Shown: positions 1 to 9,344, counted from the first letter of the stretch. The stretch is DNA of 64,000 bases from Patescibacteria group bacterium (GCA_016860985.1 BOKM01000001.1:719462-783461), one strand, 5' to 3'. Numbers and translations are program-made. The notes: generated by a model not told the origin, from the letters alone.

Positions 1-809
1 GTTGCTGCGGAGTAGATACCAAGTGTAAAGGCTGTTGTTAACCAAGGCATAATGACCTTGTCTATTTTCATATAGATGTTGGAGCCAAGCCCCGAAAGTA
101 TAAGTGGGAGCGTTTCACGAAATAGTTTTCTGACTTTAGTCTTATCGTAAACAAGTGAAGTAAGTGTAAAGGAAAAGTATTTTCGGGCGGTGATGTAAAC
201 AAAAATTCCTCCTAGTATCGAGTCAAGCGCGTATGTGAAGAGTACCGCAGCAAGTCCTAAGTCAAAGTATATAAAGGCAACTCGAAGTACTGATGTAAAG
301 AGAAAGCTAATCTGACTCGCGATGATTGGCTTTTTCTGTTGGTGTTTTGCAAGAAACCAGATTTCGATTGATTCCAAAAAATAGAAAAGGAACTGAACCG
401 TTGCGATAACAACTAAGAAAGGCTCATATTGTGGCTGGTTAGCAAAGAGTGCGAGCGATACAGCGAAAATAAAGGCAACTATTCCTCCAAAAAGTTTTAG
501 AAAGATTGCAGCATCAACGACTTTTCTTTCTTCTTCAGGGTGCGCAGCAACGTCCCTAATAATAAGGGAATTAACCCCCATGTTAGCGATTGGTCCAAAG
601 AGTGCAGCGTATGCCGTAAGCGCGCTTAATACACCATATTTTTCTGGCCCTAAGTAACGCGTAACGAGGGCACCTGTAAAAACGCTGATACCAAGCCGCA
701 CTATTTTATCGCCGGCAAGCCACGTTACACCTTTTAGCGCTAATTTTTTTGTACTAGATTGAGGGAGAACTTTCGCAACAAGATTCTGAATGGGAGAAAG
801 GATGTTCAT
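1..809 (-). CDS. Wzx-like polysaccharide flippase (MOP superfamily), N-terminal part; ORF runs off the window edge
   Basis: Minus-strand ATG at 809 and an open frame to position 1, absent from the ORF track because no stop lies in the window. The hand translation (MNILSPIQNLVAKVLPQSSTKKLALKGVTWLAGDKIVRLGISVFTGALVTRYLGPEKYGVLSALTAYAALFGPIANMGVNSLIIRDV...) is polytopic and resembles the N-terminus of polysaccharide biosynthesis (Wzx/RfbX) proteins. It sits 6 nt downstream of the stop of the 816..2147 gene. Confidence 0.55.
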   Translation of the reverse strand, partial: MNILSPIQNLVAKVLPQSSTKKLALKGVTWLAGDKIVRLGISVFTGALVTRYLGPEKYGVLSALTAYAALFGPIANMGVNSLIIRDVAAHPEEERKVVDAAIFLKLFGGIVAFIFAVSLALFANQPQYEPFLVVIATVQFLFYFLESIEIWFLAKHQQKKPIIASQISFLFTSVLRVAFIYFDLGLAAVLFTYALDSILGGIFVYITARKYFSFTLTSLVYDKTKVRKLFRETLPLILSGLGSNIYMKIDKVIMPWLTTAFTLGIYSAA

Positions 810-815
810 GTTTGA

Positions 816-2147
816 TTATACGATACTTTTGTTTGATCTGTGGAGCAAAGTTAAAAGATAAATACTTGGAAGAAGATGAAGAAGCAATCGACTAAACGAA
901 GTCGAGATATGCCAAACCATATCGTGTGGGGTAATAAGGTAGATGAGCATGTACAAAATGAATTGCCCTGCGATGAGTAACTGTGCAATATTTCGCTTTT
1001 GGTCTTTTCTTGGAATAAGGAGGAGAACAATAGCAGGAACGAGCAAAATTCCAAAACGATAACCATCGAGCAATCGAGGCATTACCTCTGTAATTAATAG
1101 GGGGATTCGTGTGATTACTTCAGAGAATAGTGGTGCCCCCACAACATCATTCTCTATACCAAGTTGCATTGTTGTAATTTTCCATGCAAGTAAGGGGAGC
1201 GAGAAGATTCCGGCACCGATTACTACAGGAAGGTATAGTTTGAACGAGCTTTTACTGAGTTTATGCGCTTGGAATATCTGCCACATTGCGAGCAGAGTAA
1301 CGATAATAAGAAATGGTTGCCCCTCGTTTTTGATTGTTGCTGCGAATAGTCCTGCTGCAATTGCAAGTAGTTGGGTCTTTGCTGTGTGGCTACTGGTTGC
1401 AAGCAGTGAGACCGAAACAAGAATCGCTAAGCTTAAAGGAACATCTGAAAGTCCGACCCATCCTTGGCGCAGATATTCTGGTGTTCCAACCAAAAGAAGC
1501 GCAAGGATAAGTGCAAATGGTCTTTTTACCGAGGTGTATGTAGTGATTGCCCAGAATAATCCCAACCCAAGCATGAAAAAGATGGTCATAGAAAAAATAC
1601 CCACCGCAGGTTCCCAAAAATGACCAATCGGACGCATTAAATCAGCGTAAAGTATAGGCATTGAAAGAGGATAGTCTTGGTGCGTGTAGGTAAAAATTGG
1701 ATTTTTTAGCTGTGCGAAAAATGCTTCGTGTCCTAAAAATATCCCTTTTGCCTTGAGCATCCATATCCCGCGCGCGTCGTTTGCAAGTATTGCGTGTGTA
1801 CTTACACTCAGTACGCTCACAATATATAAAACCGCAGTAACGACTTTGGCGAGAACATTTGTAAAAAATAATTTTGACAGGAACTTTTTTTCATAAATAA
1901 GAAAAAAGAGAATCGCAGCGATGGCTAAAACCCAAACAAGGAGAGTCGCAAAGGAGAGCTGCTTTAAGATGAGGCCAAATGTCAGGATACCTGCACTAAG
2001 TGCTGCACCCGCTGTAAAGCTATACACAGTAAAAAGCGATATTGGGAGGTTTTCTGTCAACATTTTTTTGCGTTGTGCAATTCGAATTCCAGTTGCGCCA
2101 ATAGCAAAATATTTTGCAATTCCAATTAACGTAAAGAGAACTTCCAT
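816..2147 (-). CDS. polytopic membrane protein, putative O-antigen polymerase/ligase-like or GT-C glycosyltransferase
   Basis: Open frame with at least 10 predicted TM helices and a large loop; no soluble domain recognised. The start is chosen at the internal ATG (MEVLF..., 2147), which leaves a 1-nt gap to the upstream gene's stop at 2149-2151. Flanked by the Wzx-like gene and the GT2/GtrA pair. Confidence 0.35.
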   Translation of the reverse strand: MEVLFTLIGIAKYFAIGATGIRIAQRKKMLTENLPISLFTVYSFTAGAALSAGILTFGLILKQLSFATLLVWVLAIAAILFFLIYEKKFLSKLFFTNVLAKVVTAVLYIVSVLSVSTHAILANDARGIWMLKAKGIFLGHEAFFAQLKNPIFTYTHQDYPLSMPILYADLMRPIGHFWEPAVGIFSMTIFFMLGLGLFWAITTYTSVKRPFALILALLLVGTPEYLRQGWVGLSDVPLSLAILVSVSLLATSSHTAKTQLLAIAAGLFAATIKNEGQPFLIIVTLLAMWQIFQAHKLSKSSFKLYLPVVIGAGIFSLPLLAWKITTMQLGIENDVVGAPLFSEVITRIPLLITEVMPRLLDGYRFGILLVPAIVLLLIPRKDQKRNIAQLLIAGQFILYMLIYLITPHDMVWHISTSFSRLLLHLLPSIYLLTLLHRSNKSIV

Positions 2148-2148
2148 G

Positions 2149-2640
2149 TTATTTTTTATTGATGAGGTAAAGATAATATTCTGCATGTGGGTGAAGCTCA
2201 ATACCTGAAGCTTTTAATGCGGGTTGTTGGAAGGGGCTAACGATAATGGCTTGTGTCTCGTTTTGGCTTAAGCGGGAAATTGCCTCTGCATGGTTTAGGT
2301 GGTCCAAGATAAAAACTTCCTTTGGATAGGCAAGATACGTTGTTTGAATTCGTTGCCAAGAGGTTACCGTTGCTGAAGAATCTGGGTTATCAGAAATAAA
2401 ATAGAGGAGTGCGTTTGGGTACTGTTCGATTGCTTGGGTTATTGGGTTGTATCGATCTGATTTTCGGTATGCAACAGAAAAAGATTGATTCGCTATAAGG
2501 CTTGTGGCAGTTTGAGCTAACGCTTTTGTTCGATTATATATAAAAGGAAGGAGACAAATGACAGCTAGCGCAAAAAGTGGGATATATTGAAAAAGCGTAC
2601 GCCATTTCGTTTTCATAAGAGAGTATAACAAAAATCCCAT
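2149..2640 (-). CDS. hypothetical membrane-anchored protein
   Basis: Internal start MGFLLYSLMKTKW at 2640, chosen because it avoids overlap with the divergent GT2 gene. One N-terminal TM helix; no recognisable motifs. Confidence 0.4.
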   Translation of the reverse strand: MGFLLYSLMKTKWRTLFQYIPLFALAVICLLPFIYNRTKALAQTATSLIANQSFSVAYRKSDRYNPITQAIEQYPNALLYFISDNPDSSATVTSWQRIQTTYLAYPKEVFILDHLNHAEAISRLSQNETQAIIVSPFQQPALKASGIELHPHAEYYLYLINKK

Positions 2641-2689
2641 AATTCGCGAAGGTAGACAGCTCCGAATAACATTGCTACTATACGGGAGT

Positions 2690-3406
2690 ATGAAACTCTC
2701 ACTTATTATGCCCGCACGCAACGAGCAACATACTCTTCGTGAAATTGTCGAAAAAGTTGTACAAACGCTCGCAGGGATAGACTTCGAATTGATTATGGTT
2801 AACGACGGTTCTACCGATGAAACGTTGTCCCTCATGAAGGAACTTCAAAATAAGTACGGCAGCCGGCTCGAAATTATTGATAAGGCTCACTCCGGAAAGT
2901 CGCAAACAGTTAAACAAGGAATTCTCGCAAGCAAAGGTGAATATGTCGTCATTCAAGATGCCGATATGGAATATGAACCAGCAGACTTATTAGTTATGCT
3001 CGAAAAGATTCAAAACGAAGGACTTGATGTGCTGTACGGCAATCGGTTCGGGCTTAAAAATGAAGTGGTCTACTTCCAAAACTGGCTTGGGAATACTGCA
3101 TTGAGTTTTTTGTCGGCAGTTATTACAGGTTTCCGTGCAAATATGTGGCCACGAGATATGGAAGTATGTTACAAAATGGCCAAAGGAGACCTCTTCCGTT
3201 CACTTGCAAAAGGTTTAGTCGCAACCACAAATTTTGGTTTTGAACCCGAGATAACCGCAAAATTCTCTAAAGTAAAAGGTGTTAAATTTGCGCAAGTACC
3301 GATACACTATTATCCAAGAACCATAGCAGAAGGAAAGAAAATGAACGCGTTAAAGCACGGTATTGAGGCATTGAAAGAGATTATTACCTACAATTTTGGC
3401 AAATAA
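2690..3406 (+). CDS. GT2 family polyprenol-phosphate glycosyltransferase (GtrB / DPM1 / ArnC-like)
   Basis: MKLSLIMPARNE...IMVNDGSTDET...VIQDADMEYEP is the typical GT-A DxD architecture of bactoprenol-phosphate sugar transferases. ATG at 2690 is preceded by GGGAG; the listed ORF starts at an upstream TTG (2672). Confidence 0.8.
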   Translation: MKLSLIMPARNEQHTLREIVEKVVQTLAGIDFELIMVNDGSTDETLSLMKELQNKYGSRLEIIDKAHSGKSQTVKQGILASKGEYVVIQDADMEYEPADLLVMLEKIQNEGLDVLYGNRFGLKNEVVYFQNWLGNTALSFLSAVITGFRANMWPRDMEVCYKMAKGDLFRSLAKGLVATTNFGFEPEITAKFSKVKGVKFAQVPIHYYPRTIAEGKKMNALKHGIEALKEIITYNFGK

Positions 3407-3868
3407 ATGAACCGTTCAATTCTTGGTCAGGTAAAAAACTTTGTAGTAAGCAAACGCTCATTCTTCCTTTATATTACGATTGGTTTTACAGGGCTCACAC
3501 TTGATCTTATCAGTTTTATATTGATGGTACGGTTTTTGCACGTCAGTGAATATGTTGCTAATCCGATTTCGATGTCTGTCGGTATTATCAACAATTTTTT
3601 CCTTAATGCATACTTTAATTTTAAACAAACTGACAAGCTACTCGCTCGTCTTGCTTCCTTTTATCTCGTTGGTTTAACGGGGATAGTGGTAGGCAACGTG
3701 TTTCTATGGCTATTCAATGACGTTTTGGGGCATTCTTTATTTGAAATTCTCTCCTTTTTCTCACCAATTTTGGCAAAGTACCAACTTGAGTTAGTTAAGG
3801 CAGCATCAATTGTTTTTATCGCAATTATGCAATATTTCTTGAATAAACGATTCTCTTTTAAGAAGTAG
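3407..3868 (+). CDS. GtrA-family small membrane protein (polyprenol-linked sugar translocation)
   Basis: 153 aa with 4 TM helices and a GtrA-like C-terminal motif (QYFLNKRFSFKK). It starts on the nucleotide immediately after the GT2 stop. Confidence 0.7.
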   Translation: MNRSILGQVKNFVVSKRSFFLYITIGFTGLTLDLISFILMVRFLHVSEYVANPISMSVGIINNFFLNAYFNFKQTDKLLARLASFYLVGLTGIVVGNVFLWLFNDVLGHSLFEILSFFSPILAKYQLELVKAASIVFIAIMQYFLNKRFSFKK

Positions 3869-3885
3869 TGTGCTATCGTTCTTAG

Positions 3886-4833
3886 ATGAATGCAGCGATT
3901 GAAGTTAGGAATCTGATAAAAAGATATGCAAAGTCTCCGGTGAATGCAGTAGATAATATTAGTTTTTCTGTAAAAGAAGGAGAATTCTTTGCATTTTTGG
4001 GTCCAAACGGTGCGGGAAAAACGACTGCTATTTCAGTTCTTACAACTACTTTGGCTAAAACATCTGGAGAAGTACAGGTGGCAGGGTATGATATTGCGAC
4101 ACAAGCAGCACAAGTGCGCCAAAACATTGGAATCATTTTTCAAAATCCGAGTCTCGACAAAAACCTTACGGCAGAAGAGAATATTAGATTTCATGCAGTT
4201 TTATATGGCCTATATCCCTTTAGCCCATTCTTTTCATGGATGCCAAATGAGTACAAACAAAAGGTAAAGGAACTATCAGAACTTATTGGAATTAGCGATG
4301 CCCTCGATAAACCAGTAAAAACTTTCTCGGGCGGAATGAAGCGAAAGCTAGAGATAGTACGAAGTTTGCTCCACAATCCTAAAGTACTTTTTCTGGATGA
4401 ACCAACAACAGGGTTAGATCCAGCAAGTAGAAAAAGTTTATGGGAATATATATTGCAAGTCAGAAAAACTCAGGGAACTACAATATTCCTTACCACTCAC
4501 TATTTAGATGAAGCCGAAGGTGCGGATAGAGTAGTGGTCATTAACAAGGGCAAAATCATTGCAGATGGCACGCCTCAGGCTTTAAAGCGCGAACTTACCA
4601 AAAATTTTATGCGAGTGACTCCAAAGACATTGTCAAAATTTGTAAAAGAGCTGCAATCTCTTGGAATTGAATACTCCGTAGAAGGGATTCATGTGAATAT
4701 TCCAATAAAGAATGCTGGTGTCGACGTCCAAAAACTCCTGAAAACAATAGAATCTGAGCTTGTTGATATCGATATTCACTCACCCTCTCTAAACGATGCC
4801 TACATTCAATTAATAACAACTGAACATGAATAG
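3886..4833 (+). CDS. ABC transporter ATP-binding protein (ABC-2 exporter type)
   Basis: Walker A GPNGAGKTT, signature FSGGMKRKLEI, Walker B LFLDEPTTGLD. Confidence 0.9.
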   Translation: MNAAIEVRNLIKRYAKSPVNAVDNISFSVKEGEFFAFLGPNGAGKTTAISVLTTTLAKTSGEVQVAGYDIATQAAQVRQNIGIIFQNPSLDKNLTAEENIRFHAVLYGLYPFSPFFSWMPNEYKQKVKELSELIGISDALDKPVKTFSGGMKRKLEIVRSLLHNPKVLFLDEPTTGLDPASRKSLWEYILQVRKTQGTTIFLTTHYLDEAEGADRVVVINKGKIIADGTPQALKRELTKNFMRVTPKTLSKFVKELQSLGIEYSVEGIHVNIPIKNAGVDVQKLLKTIESELVDIDIHSPSLNDAYIQLITTEHE

Positions 4834-5617
4834 ACTTAGAACACGGCTCTCTGTAATTGCCACCATTGCATATAGAGATGTGATGAAATTTTTGCGCGAC
4901 CGAATGAGAATAATTTTCAGTTTTGTTTTTCCCGTAATGTTTGTTGGTGTGTTGGGTGGAGGGCTTCAGTCCAGTTTAGGTGCAGCGTCTGGCAAAGACT
5001 TACTCACTATGACTTTTTTGGGAGTACTAGCACAAACACTTTTTCAATCGACAGCCTCTGGTATCATCTCGCTCATAAACGACCGCGAAAATGATTTTAG
5101 CCAAGAAATTTTCGTATCACCCACCAGCAGGTATGCAATTATTTTCGGGAAAATAGTAGGTGAGTCTACCATTTCATTTCTTCAGGTTGTGGGAATCCTT
5201 ATCTTTGGCGCAGTAATTGGAATTAAAATTACACTGGTTGGTTTGCTCGCAATATTTCCTGCGATGGTCGCAGCAGCGCTACTTGGGGGAGCCTTTGGTA
5301 TTTTAGTACTCGGTAATTTAAATAACGAACGGACAGCGAATCAAATCTTTCCTTTTCTTGTTATGCCTCAGCTCTTTTTATCTGGCGTATTTGTTCCTCT
5401 GGCAGGTACTTCTGGGTTATTACTTACGCTTGCAAAGTTTATGCCGCTCACATACGCAGTTGATTTAATGCGCGGAATGTATTTTCTTAATGACGTAAAT
5501 GCACAAAAAGATTTGCTCCATTCTCCTTTGGTGAATGCGCTCGTTATCGCTGCGATGTTTACTGTTTTCTTGACTATTGGTACCATTCTCTTTGTAAAAA
5601 AAGAGAAAGAACGATAG
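4826..5617 (+). CDS. ABC-2 type transporter permease
   Basis: Six TM helices and an 8-nt overlap with the ATPase gene, the typical ABC-2 operon arrangement. Confidence 0.75.
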   Translation: MNRLRTRLSVIATIAYRDVMKFLRDRMRIIFSFVFPVMFVGVLGGGLQSSLGAASGKDLLTMTFLGVLAQTLFQSTASGIISLINDRENDFSQEIFVSPTSRYAIIFGKIVGESTISFLQVVGILIFGAVIGIKITLVGLLAIFPAMVAAALLGGAFGILVLGNLNNERTANQIFPFLVMPQLFLSGVFVPLAGTSGLLLTLAKFMPLTYAVDLMRGMYFLNDVNAQKDLLHSPLVNALVIAAMFTVFLTIGTILFVKKEKER

Positions 5618-5624
5618 AAAACTA

Positions 5625-6230
5625 TTACTTATTTTGGTCAGTTTCTAAATAGCGTGAGTCAATGTTGTACAACTTGGCAATATAGGAGGAAACCGAGAGA
5701 AAGTTCCGTCCTTGTGGCGTTAGCATGTATTTTTCCTCTTGTTGTTTGATATTATTTGAAGCCAGTTGCTCATTTATTCGTCTTCCAACAGCGTCAAACT
5801 CGTTAACATATTCTTGGACAAATATCGTCTGCATCTGTTCTTTTGTGATGCCTTGTGAATTCTCCGAGCTATTCATTCTTGAGAGAAGAAAAGTCGAAAC
5901 TGAGCGGTCCAGAGTAACTGGCACCAGAATAAAAAAACAAAGATGTAGTGAGGCAACCGCAATAACAGAAGAAAAATATGTCTCTACAGAAGGTATCTGT
6001 GCAGTTTGAATACCTCGCTTCTTTAGTAACTGTACCGTAGCATAAAAGGATAATAAGGTAAGCAGTGTTGCGGTAACAATAATAATGATACCGCGGTAAA
6101 ACAAAATGACATGACCAAAAAAGGGTGTTTGGAAAAGAAGGAACACACATAATGTCAAAAATAGTGCAGCTAACATGTAACTGGCTAGAAGGGTAATCAC
6201 CCGCTGTTTGATGGTCATAGGTATGAACAA
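5625..6230 (-). CDS. hypothetical membrane protein (4 TM, cytoplasmic C-terminal domain)
   Basis: Open frame with an N-terminal hydrophobic block; no recognisable motifs. Confidence 0.4.
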   Translation of the reverse strand: MFIPMTIKQRVITLLASYMLAALFLTLCVFLLFQTPFFGHVILFYRGIIIIVTATLLTLLSFYATVQLLKKRGIQTAQIPSVETYFSSVIAVASLHLCFFILVPVTLDRSVSTFLLSRMNSSENSQGITKEQMQTIFVQEYVNEFDAVGRRINEQLASNNIKQQEEKYMLTPQGRNFLSVSSYIAKLYNIDSRYLETDQNK

Positions 6231-6312
6231 AATCTAATTGTATTTACACTATCATTTTTTCACTGAAGTATAAACTGCTTGGAAAACATGAGCATTTGAG
6301 TTACAGTAGAGT

Positions 6313-7764
6313 GTGAAAAAGCATTTGGCAACGGTACTTTTGGTAGTTGGAGCAATCGTTTACATGCTCTTGCTCACGAGAGGGTATGTCGGTTTGCATA
6401 GCGACTCAGTTGCCTACCTGTCGGCTGCTGAAAACCTTGTGACAGGAAGAGGGCTTACAATTTATCGATTGTTTGAGAACTCTACGCCACTTTCGAGTTT
6501 CCCTTTTTTGTATCCAATCCTACTTGCTCCTTTTCGTAGTATGCCACTCTTTGGTATTTTTCTTTTAAACTCGATTAGTTTTTTTATCTTCTCTCACTCA
6601 CTAATTAAAATAATTACATTACTGGTTAAGGATTCAAGTAAGTTGAAGACAGCCATTCTTTATGCACTAGTTGTTGTTGGAGCTCCAATAATTTACGCTT
6701 ACTCGATGGCATTAACGGAGCCACTTTTTCTGGCTGCAGTTTTCTTTTTATTACGTCTGATTCTAGAAGGGAAGTTAGAAGGCAAACGCTTGTTTGTCGT
6801 AGTCTTGCTCTCTTCGTTATTACCTCTTTTGCGCTATGCAGGTGTGTTTGTATGGCTTTTTGTCGGAGGTTTATTACTTGTTCAAGCAGATTCGCTAAAA
6901 CTCAAAATAAAGCATGTTGCAGTTTATAGTTCATCCTGTATTCCTTTGCTCTTATGGTTCTTGTACTTACGTTCTCTTGGTGCGGAATCAAGGCAGTTAG
7001 TTTCTGATCCCTTAACTCTTGATTTCTTAGTGGTTGCGGCAAAAACAATGTGGATGTGGGTGTTTCCTGCTGGAACTCTCGGACTTGGTATTGGCAGCGC
7101 GTTTTTAGTGGTGGCTGCCTACGGTATGTATTCCTCGTTGAAAAATAAGAATAGAGAAGCAGTAATTCTGCTCTGGTTTTTTACTTCGTATATTCTGTTT
7201 ATTATTGCGAGTTACGCCTTTTTTGATAGAGCAATTGCCTCTGATTTCCAGAGAATACTTACTCCACTTTTTCCAATTGTGATTATGCTTGTTGGCGCAG
7301 CGCTTTTTTCAATCACAAAGGTGTGGGTACGGCGTGTAGGAATAGTCCTGCTTTCGGTAATGGTAGTGTCGATTCATATGGGAACTGGCGTAAAATTGAT
7401 TCAAAATGGTCCACCGTTATCTTACAGAACTTGGCAGAAAAATGATTTGGTCGCGTATGTTAGGGAGAATAGAGAAAAATTCAATTTTGTAAGTAATGCG
7501 TGGGAACCACTGTATGTGTATGCAGGTGCTTATGTAGATAGAATACCCGTAAAAGGGCAAGAAAAACGAGATAAGACTACGGAATACTTTAAACGCGCAC
7601 TAGATCGAGATAAGCCCTTGGTCTTTGTGTTCGCAAAAAATCACCCAAAGTTTAATTATCTGAGTAGTCCCGAGTCGCTTGGGGAATTTTATGAGCTCTC
7701 GCTGCTCGAAGAGTTTCCTGAAGGGACGGTCTACCAAATTCAAGAGAAAAGAGATGTCCCGTAA
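6313..7764 (+). CDS. GT-C fold membrane glycosyltransferase-like protein (ArnT/PMT-like) with C-terminal soluble domain
   Basis: GTG start. The N-terminal segment LTRGYVGLHSDSVAYLSAAENLVTGRG resembles the first-loop acidic motif of lipid-carrier-dependent GT-C enzymes. Multiple TM helices precede a roughly 130-aa hydrophilic C-terminus. Confidence 0.4.
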   Translation: MKKHLATVLLVVGAIVYMLLLTRGYVGLHSDSVAYLSAAENLVTGRGLTIYRLFENSTPLSSFPFLYPILLAPFRSMPLFGIFLLNSISFFIFSHSLIKIITLLVKDSSKLKTAILYALVVVGAPIIYAYSMALTEPLFLAAVFFLLRLILEGKLEGKRLFVVVLLSSLLPLLRYAGVFVWLFVGGLLLVQADSLKLKIKHVAVYSSSCIPLLLWFLYLRSLGAESRQLVSDPLTLDFLVVAAKTMWMWVFPAGTLGLGIGSAFLVVAAYGMYSSLKNKNREAVILLWFFTSYILFIIASYAFFDRAIASDFQRILTPLFPIVIMLVGAALFSITKVWVRRVGIVLLSVMVVSIHMGTGVKLIQNGPPLSYRTWQKNDLVAYVRENREKFNFVSNAWEPLYVYAGAYVDRIPVKGQEKRDKTTEYFKRALDRDKPLVFVFAKNHPKFNYLSSPESLGEFYELSLLEEFPEGTVYQIQEKRDVP

Positions 7765-7768
7765 CACG

Positions 7769-7796
7769 TTGCGATTGCGCGTAACTGTGCTATAAT
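7769..7796 (+). promoter_or_regulatory. sigma70-like promoter upstream of rpsF (TTGCGA -16- TGcTATAAT)
   Basis: -35-like TTGCGA at 7769-7774 and an extended -10 TATAAT at 7791-7796. The -10 ends 7 nt before the ATG at 7804, so the transcript is leaderless unless the true start is the downstream GTG at 7842. Confidence 0.4.
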
Positions 7797-7803
7797 TCCC
7801 ACT

Positions 7804-8223
7804 ATGGCAAAGAGAAAAACAGAAGAAACAATTATCAATGTGGTTCGAAAACCAGTGCCATATGAAATGGTCGTCGTTTTCAAGCCTTTTTTACCCGATA
7901 AAGTCCGCAACGAAGCAGACTCAAAGGTAGAGCAGATCATTACTGATGCAAATGGATCAGTATCCCTCAGAGATATCTGGGGTAAGCGATATCTTGCATA
8001 CGAACTTGATAAGCATGTAGAAGGATACTATGTAATGTATCAATTCGAAGCACCTGCAGCATCAATGGATGGTATCAAGAAGTTGATGAACCGACATCAG
8101 GAGATCCTCCGATATTTGGTCATCAAAAAAGATGCAAAAGAAGGCACAGCAACAAAGATAAAAGTTAAAAAAACAATTACTCGCGAAGAGTCGGAAAGCA
8201 AAAAGAAAGTGAGTAAGTCATAG
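7804..8223 (+). CDS. rpsF: 30S ribosomal protein S6
   Basis: YEMVVVFKP...WGKRYLAYEL...GYYVMYQFEA matches the S6 core. The true start may be the GTG at 7842 (MVRKPVPYEM...). Confidence 0.85.
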   Translation: MAKRKTEETIINVVRKPVPYEMVVVFKPFLPDKVRNEADSKVEQIITDANGSVSLRDIWGKRYLAYELDKHVEGYYVMYQFEAPAASMDGIKKLMNRHQEILRYLVIKKDAKEGTATKIKVKKTITREESESKKKVSKS

Positions 8224-8277
8224 TTGCGACATCTTCATTCGAAGAGTACAGTAGAGTATAAACTAATTCTAAACAAT

Positions 8278-8775
8278 GTGAGATCTGTAAACAAAGTGAT
8301 TTTGGTAGGAAACGCAACTCGAGACGGAGAAGTTAGTTATACAAAAAGTGGTATTGCATTATGTAACTTTACAGTCGCCACAAACCGCGCATGGAAAGAT
8401 GCAAATGGAGAGTGGAAAGATGAAGCAAGCTTTCACAATGTAACGGCATGGGGTAAATTCGGTGAGAGTCTCTCAAAATCGTTGCAAAAAGGAATGAAGG
8501 TTTACGTAGAAGGTACCCTAACGTACTATGAAAAAAGAGATGAAGCAGGAAAATTGATTAGCAAAGATGCTCGTATTCGTGCAGACTCCGTTGTCTTACT
8601 TGATAAATCCGGAAGACCAGGTGCCAGTGAAGATTTTGAGGGTGGACAAAGTGAAAGCTCAAAACAAGGGGCTGACTTTGATGTCGATGCAGTTGCACAA
8701 GGTTTAGACGAAGCAAAATCTGCAGGTGGTAAGGCAGCACCTGCACCTATTTCTGATGACGATCTGCCATTTTAA
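8278..8775 (+). CDS. ssb: single-stranded DNA-binding protein
   Basis: The OB-fold begins at VNKVILVGNATRDGEV and the protein ends in the acidic tail DDDLPF. GTG at 8278 is chosen because homology starts there; the listed ORF opens at TTG 8224, directly after the rpsF stop. Confidence 0.85.
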   Translation: MRSVNKVILVGNATRDGEVSYTKSGIALCNFTVATNRAWKDANGEWKDEASFHNVTAWGKFGESLSKSLQKGMKVYVEGTLTYYEKRDEAGKLISKDARIRADSVVLLDKSGRPGASEDFEGGQSESSKQGADFDVDAVAQGLDEAKSAGGKAAPAPISDDDLPF

Positions 8776-8840
8776 GATTTGCGATTATTGCGAGCGAAAG
8801 CGAGCAGTGAAAGATATTATTTAAAAAGCCAAAAGATACT

Positions 8841-9221
8841 ATGGTTAAAAGAGTAAAAGACATGTCCGTATCTGTGGGAACAGATAGTGCTAAGGCCGAC
8901 ATTAAGCGCACACTTTCAGATGTCGCGCAGGTTGATACACTCGTGTCTATCGAGACGGAATCAGGAAGTGACGAACGTCGTCACGGACAACAGGCAATGG
9001 TGCCAGACACCTGCCCAGTGTGCGATATGAGATTAGGAAAGCATGACATTAAATATTATGATGTTGCTTTATTGAAAAAATTCATGTCGGTTCGTGGAAA
9101 AATTATCCCACGAAGCAAGTCTGGTGTTTGTGCATCACATCAGAGAGCACTGAAAGAAGCAATTAACAGAGCTCGATACCTCGCATTGTTGCCATACGTA
9201 GATTTGGGAACACAAGGCTAA
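8841..9221 (+). CDS. rpsR: 30S ribosomal protein S18 (conserved core from ATG 8997; upstream in-frame extension uncertain)
   Basis: [62 protein letters not shown] matches the S18 core. An ordinary-length S18 would begin at MVPDT (8997). The 52-codon in-frame N-terminal extension from 8841 has no S18 similarity. Confidence 0.8.
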   Translation: MVKRVKDMSVSVGTDSAKADIKRTLSDVAQVDTLVSIETESGSDERRHGQQAMVPDTCPVCDMRLGKHDIKYYDVALLKKFMSVRGKIIPRSKSGVCASHQRALKEAINRARYLALLPYVDLGTQG

Positions 9222-9238
9222 TAGCTTTTAGTAAGGTT

Positions 9239-9278
9239 AAACGGCTGTACTTCGAAAATGAGGTGCAGCCGTTTTTTT
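9239..9278 (+). terminator. rho-independent terminator after rpsR
   Basis: aaaCGGCTG...CAGCCGttttttt: a GC-rich stem followed by a 7-T tract, 18 nt after the rpsR stop. Confidence 0.6.
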
Positions 9279-9344
9279 GTCTTGTAAAACATTGTCGGTC
9301 AAATTGTAAGGGAATCTATTTTGGAATTCTGATACAATGGACTC

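Noticed and set aside
851-1623. Short ORFs nested in or antisense to the 816..2147 membrane-protein gene (851..1066, 1111..1623, 1223..1420, 1390..1617)
   Set aside because: They are fully overlapped by a longer, hydrophobic, biologically coherent ORF. Similar antisense or nested short ORFs throughout the track (e.g. 3882..4136, 14078..14446, 31164..31717, 60425..61066) are rejected for the same reason.
8224-8277. ssb starting at the TTG directly after the rpsF stop
   Set aside because: The 18 extra N-terminal residues (MRHLHSKSTVEYKLILNN) have no SSB similarity. The OB-fold begins right after the GTG at 8278, which matches the usual SSB start.
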